Shown: piece after piece, positions 40,891 to 53,897 of the stretch
Numbering within the stretch: position 1 is the first letter of the stretch
Layout: every line of letters starts with the position of its first letter
Assembly (NCBI GenBank): GCA_951406725.2
Contig: OX597835.1
Location: 1,922,001-1,986,000 of the forward strand
DNA from: Octopus vulgaris
Taxonomy: Eukaryota
Reading direction: 5' to 3'
Length of the DNA: 64,000 bases
Notes under the pieces: generated by a model
What the model was told of the DNA's origin: nothing
The model's input: the letters and a program-made list of their open reading frames with translations, nothing else
Database searches by the model: none
Position numbers and translations under genes: made by a program

Positions 40891-43046
40891 ATGTGTATGT
40901 ACTTTGTGGGTATGAGAATGCTTATACAAAGGATAGGCACCAAGTTAGTGCTTGTACAGTTCATGTTCTTAAAACCTAACTCCTTAATCAGAGTAGGGCA
41001 CTCTAGTAGTGGGTGAGTTAGTTACAAGAAAAAATTCAATTGAATATAAAAAAAAGGGGAAATTGTGGAGAGAACTTGTGAAAAGGTAGACCCAGGAAGA
41101 TGTAAGATGGAGTGGTGAGAAACAATCTTCAGCTGTTGAGCCTCACAGAGGAGATGACAAAGGACTGAGACTTCTGGTGATTGGCTGTGCATGAGTAGAC
41201 ATGTCATGCTAAGTAAAATTGTGGCCAAACACACAAGCACAGCCTTTGCAACCATGGTCTCCTCTCACACACACAATCTGCCTTCTGTCAAAACTCCCCC
41301 ACCCCTGCTGCAGGCCCCACCACTCTCCCTCGGGTATCTGCCAGCCACTCCAATTTCTCTCGCCTAACTTCCTAATCATCTCCCCTTACACTATTATGAA
41401 TCATTCTTGCTCCTATCCCCTCAGTACCACTTATATTCCACCCATTGCACCCTATTTCTCGCTGTCTTTCTATCTCTCCTTTCTTTTCCTACTGGAGGAG
41501 CCAAGTATCTTCTCCATAGCAAGACACCTTTCTTTATCCCTCTATTATACTTTAATCTCTCAACTAATACAAAGCCACCTCCCTCTTGTCTTGCATGTTA
41601 CTTGGCAACCCCACTGGTGCTGGTGCCACATAAAAAGCACTCAATACATTCTGGTTGGCATTAGGGAAGGCATCCAGCCATAGAAAACATGCCAAAACAG
41701 ACAATGAAGCTTGATGTGGTCCTCTGGTTTGCCAGCCCCTATCAAACTGTCCAACCCATGCCAGTATGGAAGTTGTCTGGAATATATTTACAGGAACTGT
41801 TACCTAATTTTGATATAATCACATCGTTACAACCGTTTCAATGTGTCCTGTGAATAATTAATATTATGAAATTAGATGCAAACAATTAAAAACAATATTA
41901 CTCAAAAGCATTTAAGCAATGAAAGATGAACCATGATACAGAAGAACTTTCATGGAGCATAGAACATTCTCTTCAGAAGGGAAGTGACAAATGATAAAAG
42001 TGTAATATTGCTATAAACAGCTGTAATGGCTTCATTATATTATGCCTATGACTGTCCATCTGTGTGTGTGTGTGTGTGTGTGTGTATGATTATAGACATT
42101 CATAGTATGCATGTATATATATATATATCACACACACATTAAAATATCCACACAGCATGTGCAAGTAAAAATATATGCAAACACATATATATAGATATAA
42201 AAATATATCCATACAGCATCTTTATATACAAATAGTAACTGGGACATGCTCTCTCTTTCTCACACACTCCCATGTATGTATATATCTCATCTCCATCACT
42301 TTAACATCTACTTTTCTATGATTGCTTGTCTGGGTCAGTCGAAATTTGCTGAGGCAGATTTTCTCTATGAAGATGTTCTTCCTGCTGATCATTCTCACCT
42401 TTTTCCAAGTAAGGTAATATTTACCCATGGCCAGACATGTTTTCACAGAACGCTGGAAAGCACCACCACCTCTTGTGTTATGGTGATGTATGTTTACAAC
42501 TATCAAGCCATGTCAGGATTGGGGACACAAATATACAGACAGAAGATAGATATATACACACACACACACAGCAGCCTTCTTTCTATTTTCATCCATTCAG
42601 TATATAAATTCACACATACAATGTGTGTGTGTGTGTGATGGACTCTCTTGTCGAAGACGACGTATGAGTGTCCAGCTTTTGCAGAACAACCTGCACCAGG
42701 TGTCATTTGTTATTAGTGACCAAATGTATCTGCTGCACATTTGCTCACTCCATCAAATCGACATTACCTGAACAGGTGCAAGGTTTGCCATGCATCAGGT
42801 GTGAAACTGATTGCAGAGCAATGTGATATGAAGTGTTTTGCTAAAGAACACAATGCACCACCTGGACGAGGAATTGAAACCCTGATCTTTCAATCTGGAG
42901 TGCAACACCCTAACCACTAGATCATGTATCCTCACAACAAGAACGTTAGTCAGCAGAGACTATGGGAATCGAACCCATTCCCAATGAATGGTAAGTGTTT
43001 AGCCACAACACACATTTTTTTTTCTCTCCTTATTTTTTCTGTGTTC

Positions 43047-43082
43047 CTTTCTGTAGAAGAGCGTAGGCTCGAAACGTAAAAG
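43047..43082 (+). ncRNA. Minimal hammerhead variant (PLE-type)
   Basis: CTTT-CTGTAGA-A-GAGC GTAG GCTC-GAAA-CG-TA-AAAG. All three stems pair; the core deviates at A6 (U) and has an extra A. Confidence 0.55.
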
Positions 43083-43487
43083 ACTTTTTCTATTCCTGAG
43101 CTGTATACTAATACATCTGTTTGTTTTGTACATCACCTGTCTTCGTCTTTTGTTTTTTTCGTAAACTCTCCCTATATATATATATGTGTGTGTGTGTGTG
43201 TGGATGTGTGTCTCTCAGCGTCGTTTGACAATCAGTTTTGGTGTGTTTACGTTTCCATAACCTAGCGTTTCGGCAAATGATCGATAGAATAAGTACCAGA
43301 CTTAAAAGAAAAAAAAAACAGAGAAAAAAGTACTGGGGTCGATTCATTCGACTAAAATATTTTCAAAGCGGTGCCCCAGCATGGTCCACAGTCTAATGAC
43401 AAAGAGGCACTGCACAGATACATATATCAATCTAGGTTTTCGGCGTAGCACTAACCCTAAACCGGGTGTGCATATTTTTTTCCTTCG

Positions 43488-43520
<33 letters not shown>

Positions 43521-45669
43521 CACACACACAAAATCTTTAATACTATATACAACATATACTAACATACTTTATCACAAATGAAAAAGTGTACAAAATACGT
43601 ATATACACACATATGTATATATACACACGTGTGTGTGTGTGTATGCGCGCTACAACTAAAAAAGAAGAATTCAATATAGTCGTAAAGGTTTATTGTGGCA
43701 AGCACTTCAATGTCTCAACAGTTTTTGCCCGAGTCAGGACAGAACCCGTACACAAAATGAGAAACACGGAATCCCCCCCAATATTCCTGTGGTGAAACTG
43801 ATCACCGACTTCGTAGTCGGCAATGTCTAATCAACCTTCTCTCTCTCTCTCTCTCTCACACATCGTCGCCAACCGACCGACCCTCACCTTTACCTTACTG
43901 CCGTAGATTAGGTTTTCCATTTACTTCCTGCTGCTAGAACTTCAAAAACGCAAAAAACCATCACTTTTATTATCGACTCGGCCTTTCGTCTTTTCGAGGT
44001 CGATAAAATAAGTACCAGTTGAACACTGGAGTCGATGTAATCGACTTACACACTCCCACGAAATTGTTGGCTTGTGCCAAAATTTGAAGCCATTATTATT
44101 ATTATTATTATTATTACCCATGCGATAGAAGAGAGAAAAGAAACCGAAAATCTAAGAAAGCCGAAGAGCAAGTTCTTTTAAAGGAAATGGGAGAACCCTT
44201 TTACTCTTGCACACTGTTTCTTAATCATCCAACACACCCTGGGGGTGGAATTCGAGAATTAATCCCCGCCCGATCTACACATAATGCTAATATCCAATTT
44301 AAACTTTGTATCGCCTTTCCCTTTCTACCTTTCTAGTTTACATAGGTTTCAAGTGAATAGATATGATTATGTTGTGGAGATCATGCCATTTTCAGCGGTT
44401 TGTATCCCATAATTAGCATTATATACGCATCCGTACATAACGAACGTATGTGTATAACACTATTATATATTTGCGTACGTATGTACGTTATCTACATTTG
44501 TATGTGTAAGTAACATCAGATACCTGCGTGTGTGTGTGAATGAAAGAATTGGCTTCTTTTCAATGTTTTAACAAAAAAAAAAACCCTTTTTTAAATATAT
44601 AAAATATACATATACATTATTTCTAAAAAGACTTATACACACATACGGCATTTTCGGCTATCAACAACAATTTTGTATCAAGAAATATTATAATATTCTT
44701 GATGAACAATGTGTGGATGAATTAATTAATCATTTCCTACACGAGCACGAAGTCTGACAGACAGGTGTAACATAATAATGAGGTGTGGAGAGTATTAATG
44801 CCATTAGTTTATTTCACTGACCCACAGCCCGTTCTCACGAAGGTGTTTCCCCTCTAAGTATAGCTGAACAGAAATCCATCCCCACCACTCACAAAAAAAA
44901 CAAAAAAGAAAGAAAAAAAACACAGGTGATATAAATTAATGATCGATTGGAGGTGAGAATCTACAAGTCGTAAATCCACTCCGAGAACTAAATAAATTAA
45001 ATTTCTATTTATTTCATTAGGGAGCGGGGAAATGTCCCCTTGCTTTGAAACCTCAAAAAAACCCCACTTTTTCTTGTATCTTGTTTTACGAATTTTAATA
45101 AATTATTATACATACATGCGTGTGTATATTGTTTGTAGTCTTTGGATTGTAGCCAGGCTGGGTGGGGCAGAAAATTTAATGGGTCAGTTATACTGAAACC
45201 TTCCCAACACTTGACTTGTACTTTTATCGCGATCGGTAAGCTGAATGGAGAAGTCGACCTGGATTCGAACCTGAAATTTAAGGGGACGTAACCAAAGCAC
45301 CAACACTTCGATGCTCCTATAAAAATCTTTGACAAGGAAACCTACACATGATCGCTCGACATTTATAACAGCCAAATCTTTCTCAAATCAGAACCTATCG
45401 TCTTCAATAAGTGAAGGACACACTGAGTTTCGTTAAGTCCGTGGGGAGAGTAGATTATTTTTTTCGGTATCGATCTACTGTCAGAGAAAAGAAAATTTTT
45501 CAACTGGATATTCTAAATTTAGAATAAAAACGTTATCAAAATTGACCCAGGACTAGACAATAACATGCGTGTACTGTCATATGTATTACGTTATATATAT
45601 ATATATATATAATATATTAATAAATAAAACATATGCATATATATATACATATATGTACGTACCTACCTC

Positions 45670-45711
<42 letters not shown>

Positions 45712-45717
<6 letters not shown>

Positions 45718-45884
45718 TACAGGACACCAAAAAAACGTCGAACACAATGAGAAACGAAAACAGACACAAACCCAAGGAACTGGACATTTTTCTTAAACAA
45801 AAAAAAAATAGAGTACAGGACAAATAACACAAGGAAAAAAGCCCTTCTTCAGTCGCCATGGTTTCATCTACTCTACGTTTCGAG
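45712..45884 (-). mobile_element. Short PLE-like fragment in (TA)n next to CK1 exon 1
   Basis: Minus strand shows CTCGAAACGTAGAG and CTGAAGAAGGG half-hammerhead motifs, flanked on both sides by (TA)n. Confidence 0.5.
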
Positions 45885-45890
45885 TATATA

Positions 45891-45944
<54 letters not shown>

Positions 45945-45997
45945 CGTATAACGTGTAATGTATGCATATCAATCAGTGCTATATTATATGTACTTAC

Positions 45998-46073
45998 CTA
46001 AATATATATCTCCGAAAGAGCCACTGCCTATCTTTCGACCAAGACGGTATTTATTACCAACTCTGAGCTCCAT
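45998..46073 (-). CDS. CSNK1D/E: Casein kinase I delta/epsilon-like, first coding exon (aa 1-26)
   Basis: Minus strand reads ttcttcttcttgtag|ATG GAG CTC AGA GTT GGT AAT AAA TAC CGT CTT GGT CGA AAG ATA GGC AGT GGC TCT TTC GGA GAT ATA TAT TTA G|gtaagt = MELRVGNKYRLGRKIGSGSFGDIYL(G). This is the CK1 delta/epsilon N-terminus with the Gly-rich loop; 76 bp, phase-1 donor. Not in the ORF track. Confidence 0.97.
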
Positions 46074-46419
46074 CTACAAGAAGAAGAATAAACAGGGAAA
46101 ATAATATAAGAGAAAAAGGGAAGAAAAAAAAAATGATTTTCTTTAAAATTCATGAAGAAGCACTTAAAATATTTATTATCCAGGTCGTTTACGGACTAAT
46201 TAGAGAGAGTGAGTGAGATGGATGATAGAGGGGAATCATAGTATTTAAGTCAATGGGTTTTCCAGCTGGGTTTGGGAGAAGATGAAATGATTTCACTCAG
46301 GAAATAGACATCTCTTGTAACAAACAGAAACGTCTATTATTATTGTAGGTAAAGCTTACGTAACTTACTATATATATATATATATACTAAAGTTATAAAC
46401 ATGATACAAGGGCTCCTAC

Positions 46420-46571
46420 ACATACATATGTGTGTATATATCCTCTCTCTGTATATATATATATACATATGTGTGTATATATCCTCTCTCTCTCTATATA
46501 TATATATATATACATATGTGTGTATATATTCTCTCTCTCTCTCTATATATATATATGTGTGTGTATATATC

Positions 46572-46602
<31 letters not shown>

Positions 46603-46612
46603 CATATACACA
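46420..46612. repeat. ~40-bp tandem repeat ATATGTGTGTATATAT(C/T)(CT)n(AT)n, about 4 copies
   Basis: Visible periodicity just upstream of the CK1 ATG exon. Confidence 0.85.
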
Positions 46613-46929
46613 CATTATCTATGGCCTAAACGAACGCACAAAAGCAACGGAGATGATCATCTTCAACGATTTACGGGCATAAATGTCATCGAATAGGAAC
46701 ATGAATGACAAAATACATTTTAATATTGTATTTAAAAGACTGGGGTGTCTAGGTCTCTGCCTCCTCGCCATAAATGTTGGCAAAGAATGTTTTAATACAA
46801 GTAAAAGACACAGAAAGTGAAGTGTGTCTGTCTTTGTCAGAAGAAGAACTGTTTAAATAAATGGGAACAAATGCGAATAAACATGTACAAACAGATGTAA
46901 ATGTAAAATGGATTTGTATATGGTGTGCG

Positions 46930-46990
46930 TATATATATATATATAGAAACATATATATATATATATACACATATATATGTATATATATAT

Positions 46991-47042
<52 letters not shown>

Positions 47043-47210
47043 ATATGTATATATTATATATATATATATACACACACACATATATGTATATATATATTAT
47101 ATATATATATATACACACATATATATATATGTATATATATTATATATATATATATATATACACACACATATATATGTATATATTATATATATATATATAT
47201 ATACACACAC
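46930..47210. repeat. Compound (TA)n/(CA)n minisatellite
   Basis: Higher-order repeat of TATGTATATATATT(AT)n(AC)n; source of several spurious YI ORFs. Confidence 0.95.
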
Positions 47211-47749
47211 AGAGGCTAATGTATAACATGTTTGGTTAATTAGTTTCTTTGAATAGATGAGAGAAGGCCAACAATAATAAAATATAAGATTTTTAACAGA
47301 AAGAACGTGTGTGCATACGTAGTATTATGTGTATATATATACACACACACACATATATATTATATATATATATATACACACACACACATACATACATACG
47401 CCAAGAAATGGTAAGTTTAGTACTAAAAGAACAAAACAACGGAAGTGGATCAAGAAAGAAAAGATATTGGAGTCGATGACATATATTTTGGAGATGGATA
47501 TACTTTCTCTTCCCATTGATTCTACAACCAAATAATATATATACATACATACATATATATAATATATATATGTATGTATGTATGTATATTGTTTAAACGG
47601 AACGAAGTTAATTGGAAAATCAATGATGAACAAGAGAGACAGACATAAAACACTATTGTGTGTGTGTGTGTGTGTGTGTGGTTGCATGTATGCTGGGTTT
47701 TTTTTGTTGTTGTTGTTATTTTTTTTTTGTTTTTTTTTCTACAGCGTAC

Positions 47750-48160
47750 CTTGGCAGCGGCTGTACATCAAAAGTTCTAAGAGGGAGAATAAAACAGACA
47801 AATGTATCAACTAAGGCAGCCGCCAGACCTCCCTCTTCCCAAATTGAGCCAAGATGCTGACGATTGCATTTGGTACTTTCGCGACGCTTTAAGCCGACAC
47901 CATCGTTTACTCCCTCAGAAACTGTCGTTTGCAATGTGAGCCGTACGCATGCGCAGCTCGCACACACACACGCGCTCTAAAAGTGCCCGGATCTTTGTTC
48001 TCTCGGAGTCCGTGGATTGTTCTCCCTCCTTCTTCTTCTTCTTCCTCGTTCTTCTTCTTCTTCGTCTCTTTCTTTCTTTCTTTCCTAGTCTCGCTACGAA
48101 ATGTCGGAGAAACGAGTTTACGTTGTTTCTTAAGAAAATATCCACCCAAACTAGACACAG
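47750..48160 (-). promoter_or_regulatory. Putative CK1 promoter and non-coding first exon (possibly bidirectional)
   Basis: CpG-rich unique sequence ~1.7 kb upstream of the acceptor-preceded ATG. Minus-strand donor CCAAG|gtacgc at 47750/47749 and an NRF1-like motif TACGCATGCGCA at 47944-47955. The TSS cannot be placed from sequence. Confidence 0.55.
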
Positions 48161-48561
48161 ATGGAGGTTTTCTTGTTCAACAAAAATCTACTCAATATAT
48201 TGTATGCCACTCCATTAACCAGCAGCGACAAGTTATTTGGTGATCTAGCCCATCCACCCGCGACCATCTATTTATTTACATGTTTTAAGAACACACACAC
48301 ACACATACGTATATGCACATACACTTAAGTATGTGTACATGGGTGTGTGTGTGCGCGCCTGCCTGTGTGTGTGTGTGTGTGTGTGTGAGCGTGTGTTGGG
48401 CGAAACTAGCAGACTTTTTTTCCTGTTATTTCAATCCCTCATTTATTTTCGTCTTGCACTTTAGCCTTTGGTCAAATTAGGTTTGGCCGGGTTAAAGTAT
48501 TATTATTCTATTCTAGAACTGGGTCGTCGTCTCTGTAAATTCGAAACATTTTACACAGACT

Positions 48562-48734
48562 ATGGAATATCCATCTTCTGAGCGAGCAAACCCAGATGAT
48601 TCTTGGCCGCCGAGAATTGTTACAGACTTGACAATTCAATCGAGCAAAGTGGATCAGCTCAGGTCAAAGTCAACAGATTGGGTGAGAGGTCAGGGCGGGT
48701 CTCTTTCGTTTCGCACGCGGGTGATGAACCTACG
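48562..48734 (+). CDS. Candidate exon A of an unknown divergent plus-strand gene
   Basis: Acceptor tattattctattctag| at 48516, then ATG at 48562 opening MEYPSSERANPDDSWPPRIVTDLTIQSSKVDQLRSKSTDW... Donor options are TGG|gtgaga (48681, phase 0) and CG|gtgacc (48734, phase 2). No recognisable homology. Confidence 0.3.
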
Positions 48735-49390
48735 GTGACCCAGGAGTACAGGGACGATATTGCAGATATTGAAATCTAAACGTTTTGGTTGTTTTTGTTT
48801 TATCGCAGAATCTTCATAAACCCCTGCCACTAGTTTTAATAAGACAAATGAAACAAAATTGTTTTAATGAGTGTTCATATAAGAAAACTAATTTATTGCT
48901 TTGAACATCTTTTAACTTTTCTGTGTACTTTCAGGCATTAGACTGCGGCCATGCTGGGGCACCGCTTTGAAGAATTTTTAGTCGAATGAATCGACCCCAG
49001 TATTTTTTTTTCTTATAAGCCTGGTACTTATTCTATTAGTCTCTTTGGCGAACCTTTAAAAGTGACGGGGACGTAAACACACCAACACCAGTTGTCAAGC
49101 GGTGCAGGGAAAAGGAGACACACACACACAGCCTGGGAACCAAGCTTCTTACATCAAAGCAAACTAAGACCCCTGGACATTACTGTCTCGAGTCCAAGGA
49201 CTCTTCAGACCACAATACGCTCCCTGAATGGAACGCCAGTCTGTCGTGGGGTTACTTATTTACAGCAGAGTGAAATGAAGTGCTTTGCTCGAGAACATAC
49301 CACACCACCCGGTCCCTGAATCGAAACCCTAGACCACATCTCTTCCACACACGGACGATGCCAGTGTTTATTTTATAAACTTTTACTTAG

Positions 49391-49521
49391 AAAACACCTT
49401 CACTCATGCAACCCTGGAATCTTTTCACCAAACTCTGGAGTTCCTCAGAACCTCTGTGGAACTAAACCAGTGTTTCTTGTGGGAAGTGAAGACAGAACTT
49501 CCTGGAGGGAACTCCCGTCCA
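49391..49521 (+). CDS. Candidate exon B of an unknown divergent plus-strand gene
   Basis: Strong acceptor ttattttataaacttttacttag| and donor CCA|gtgagg. 131 bp, open in the phase 2-1 frame (KHLHSCNPGIFSPNSGVPQNLCGTKPVFLVGSEDRTSWRELPS). Confidence 0.33.
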
Positions 49522-52500
49522 GTGAGGACTGAAAACAAAGGGTCCTAACCCTTTTGTTATTCTGTTTTCTTTTGAAATACACTGCTTTCGTTTTAATTAA
49601 CCCTGAAAATAATGAAGAATTTAGTATCTGGAGCATAAATTAACCTGAAATTTTTTCTGCAAGGTTTAGTTCTAGATGACTTTCCAAAGGAAGTTTGTAT
49701 TAAGGGTGGTCTCAGGCAGATTGGTATCAAAAAGGTTAATCAAATTAAGATGGTTTTGAACTTGTAGCATTCAGATCACTTTGTCAAATACAATACTTAT
49801 TTCTTCACATTGTTTTGAATTAATCACACTTTATCTTGTAGCTTTGAGATTTTAATGATGTGATTGTTTACTTTTAGAATGACATTCTAGGGTAAGGTAT
49901 AAGAGGCTAGTTTGCCTATAAAACAGGTAGAATATTTTGACCAGATATGGCTGGCTTAAACGCTAAAGAGTTAAACTTGTCCAATACTATGGTGAAGAAA
50001 GGAGAATTTATACAGTGTAAATAAATTTCACTGATATTTAGAGTAGGGAGGCTGATCCATGACAATTTGGGAATTACCATGGGGTTAAACAACTAAATGA
50101 ATGTCAATACTAAAGCAATATTCAACTGATTAGAGATATAAAATTCAGCCAGTGCCACTAGACTGGCTCCTGTGCAGGTGGCACATAAACAACACCATTT
50201 GGGCATGGTCGTTGCCAGTACCTCCTGACTGGCTCTCATGCAGGTGACACATAAAAGCACCCACTACATTCTTGGAGTGGTTGGCATTAGGAAGGGCATC
50301 CAGCTGTAGAAACTCTGCCAGATCAGATTGGAGCAGCCATCTGGTTCACCAGTCCTCAGTCAAACCGTCCAACCCATGCCAGCATGGAAAGCGGACATTA
50401 AACGATGATGAATACAACAATATAACACCATTTCTATTTTAATGTCCACTTTTCCATGATTACATGAGTCAGACAAATTCTTTGAAGCAGATTTACTACA
50501 GATGGATGGTCTTCCTGTTGCCAATCTTCACCAGTTTTCACGGAAAGGTAATACTTCCCCCATGAGTGAACATTATTTCATGGAAGATTGGAAACAAGCA
50601 ACACTACTTGTATGATGGTGACACTCCTTTATGTCAAGACAAAAGACAAATACACACACATATATATACATATAGGATGGATTTCTTTCAGTTTCCATCA
50701 ACCAAATCCACTCAGAAGGCTTTGGTCAAATTGGAACTATGGTAGAAGACACCTGCCCAATGTGCCATACAATGAGGCTGAACGTGAAGACATGTAGTTG
50801 CAAAGAGAACTTCAGAACTACACAGCATTTGTACCATATCTGCACTTGTAGTAGTTATGAATTCAAATTTTAATTCTAGCCCTTCATCACTCCACTGCCT
50901 ATAAAATAAGTACTTATGATATGGAATGGAATATTCAAGTAAAATCTATTCTGCACTGGAAGGTCTAATAAGGCTGAAATACATCTAAAGTTGTCACCCA
51001 TACCTATTAACATAATTCAAACAATATTGGTCAATGTCAAATATTGTTTTTACGCCCACTGTATTGTTTTTCTAATGGAAATCTGACTCTATGCTCCCAT
51101 TAGAATTATTTTCTCCCAACCTTATATATATTAACATACCTTAACCAATGGTTTTCCAAACAGATGGAATCTAAGACTACATTGCACATTGGTTTACTGA
51201 TTCCTTTGAGGCAACTAATTTATCAAGATTTCTTTACTGGTAAAGTCAGAAAATAAACAAAACATGTTCAGAATTGGTTGATACTTTAATCTATTGTGTC
51301 CCTTTTTACAAATGTATAGGGTGCTTATTTGGCTATGAGCCTTAATATTTTGAGATCAACTTTGGCTTTCATCACTTTAGACATGGAGAACATAAAGATT
51401 TCTTTCATTGTTACAAGGACAATTGGATGGAGAACGTTACAAGAATGACTTACAAAAACAGCCAGAGTATCATATGGAGTATAAAAGGAAGAAAATAAAA
51501 ATAGAATGAAAACAATAAATAAATAGGTGCAGGCATGGCTATGTGGTCAGAAGTTTCCTTTCCAACCACATGGTTCTGGGTTCAGTCCTACTGCATGGCA
51601 CCTTGGGGGAAGTGTCTTCTACTATAGCCCCAGGCCTTGTGAGTGAATTTGGTAGATGGAAACTGAAAGAAGCTTGTCGTGTGTGGTTGTGTTTGTCACT
51701 TAACTCTGTCTGACAACCAGGGTTGGTGTGTTTACATCCCCGTAACTAAGTATTTTGGCATAAAAGACCAATAGAATAAGTATCAGGCTCAGATAAATAA
51801 GTTCTTTGGTTGATTCCATTCCAGGTGGTCCCCCAACATGGCTGCAGTCCAATGATTGAAACAATTAATAGAAAATAAACGAGTTAAATTATATGGACTG
51901 TATGCATATACAAGTGTGTCACAAAAGGGGGTAAGACCACCAAAAGTCACACAAAAACCCCTGCAAAAACCTGAACTGCCCTGCCTCAAATTCTTCCAAT
52001 AACCCACAGGTGGTGAGTATTCAGAACAGTTCTATCCATCCAGGTGGCATTTTCCAATCTCACTCACTTTTCAACAAACTTACTAGAGGGCAGCACTTCC
52101 CTTTGCATCCTAACATTCTTCTTCAAAGTGATACATAAAACAATAATTGTGGGGGAAGGGCTTGGGTTCCAGGTTCTCCCAATATTGTCTAACACACTAC
52201 TCCGAACATTTTAACTACTAGCCGGAAACTGCTTACTTTTTGCAGCCAAAGGTTGCTGGGTAGGGAGCTGGATGTAGCCTATACTTCTTTTACCTTTTGC
52301 TTCAGTCATTGAACTGCGGCTATGCTGGAGCACTGCACTGAAGGGATTTAGTCAAATGAATCAACCCCAGTACTTATTTTTTAAAGCCTGGTACTTATTC
52401 TATTAGTCTCTTTTGCTGAATTGCTAAGTTACAGAGGCATAAACAAAGCAACGCTGGTTGTCAAGTGGTGGTGATGGACAAACACACAGACACACACACA

Positions 52501-52699
52501 CACATACTGATGGCCTTCTTTCAGTTTCCATCTACCAAATCCACTCACAAAGCATTGGTTGGTCCAGAACTATAATAGAAGACATTTGCTCAAGGTGCTT
52601 CACAGTAAGTTTGAACCCAGAACTATGTGATAGAGAAGCAGACTTTTTACCACACAGCTACACTGTGCCTATATCTAACAATATTTGTTTCATGTAACT

Positions 52700-53660
52700 T
52701 TGGAAGTCAGCAATGTTCGGACACTGAACAATGTATGGATAAGAGCATACAGAATGGTTTATAGGCCAGTTCATATCTTGGTACAGTTCTGATGACAATG
52801 CCATCTCAGTAGTGTGGTGCTTATTATCTCAGACTAGAAAGCCTTCGAACCAGAGGGTCTTCTATGTTGAGGTGAAAGTTTTCCAAATAAGATTGCCCCA
52901 TCGATATTTGTTATGCAAAGAATCCCCAGAAGATCATCAATTATGCTGGCTTTCGGTGCTTGACGAGGGTTCAGATACTTACCCCAGCTAAAAAGTTGGG
53001 ACACTGTAACTGTAACCTTCTCTACAAACATTTGAACTCATGCCAATATGAGAAATTATTATCATTATTATTGTTAAAGCTTTTAATGCAGCAGCAGCAG
53101 TAGTAGTAGTAGTGGTGGTAGTAGTAGTGGTAGTGGTGGTTGTAGTAGTAGTAGTAGTAGTAGTAGCAGCAGCAGCAGCAGCAGCAGGAATGGCTTCTGC
53201 AGAAACAACAACTAGCCCTTCCCACCCCTGTTACCACCAACCCCCAGGAAGTTGGAAATATGAGGAGGTAAGCATTGACTGACTGCATAATGCCAACTAC
53301 ACATTAGTAATAATGAGTTCTTCAATTTTACTATCAGGAGGGGGTAAGAGTGAATTAGGGACACTGTACTACTGTGGTGGATGATGGTAAGGCAGTCAGA
53401 GAATTTAGAGGGAGAGAGGGGGGAAGATAATCATAACCAACTGTATAAAGTTAGTTGGTGGTTTAGCTGATTAGATGGCGGATGACTCAGCCCCGTAGAA
53501 CAACATTAGCCATTTAAGTAATGTGGCAGGATCCCTTGAAAACGATTTTGGTTTGGATAACTTTCCATGAAAACTCAATCAGTGAGTGTTCTGGTATATC
53601 ATTGCCATACCGTCAGCCCCTCAGTCAGACAACTTCAGTATCAATGTCTTGAAGAGCAGG
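52700..53660 (-). mobile_element. Highly decayed CR1/L2-like endonuclease region, interrupted by trinucleotide repeats
   Basis: Remnant motifs (TN..., GKYL, HRRPS resembling YRSP) only; weak. Confidence 0.35.
53088..53186. repeat. Compound (CAG)/(TAG)/(TGG) trinucleotide microsatellite
   Basis: Direct reading. Confidence 0.95.
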
Positions 53661-53805
53661 TGAACACACACACACACAGAGAAATACAGAGACAAACACA
53701 CACACACACAGAAATACAGAGACAGAAGAAATAAGACAAAAAGATGAGCATATGTATTCACATATTCACACCCACATTATCTATGTGTTTGTGTGTATGT
53801 ATATA

Positions 53806-53853
<48 letters not shown>

Positions 53854-53897
53854 TATATATATATATGTATGTATATATATATATATATCTATATATA

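Larger units (their letters stand above)
17646..45997 (-). other. CK1 intron between coding exons 1 and 2 (~28.4 kb)
   Basis: GT-AG boundaries are phase-compatible (G|GT = Gly26); filled with repeats. Confidence 0.9.

Noticed and set aside
41219-41683. 154-aa ORF
   Set aside because: Low-complexity CT-rich retroelement 3' region running into the GGAAGGCATCCAG repeat core.
46340-47690. Many 60-120 aa ORFs rich in Y/I/H/T/C/V (also at 34354, 36034-36563, 37330-37836, 40665-41016, 45569-45967 and 56737-57799)
   Set aside because: These are translations of (TA)n/(CA)n microsatellites, which lack stop codons.
49180-49215. Hammerhead-like CTGAAGAGTCCTTGGACTCGAGAC on minus
   Set aside because: The core overlaps its own stem, GAAA is GAGA, and stems I and III do not pair. 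More likely a SINE 3' hairpin.
53022-53288. Poly-Cys/Tyr/His ORF
   Set aside because: Translation of a compound trinucleotide microsatellite.
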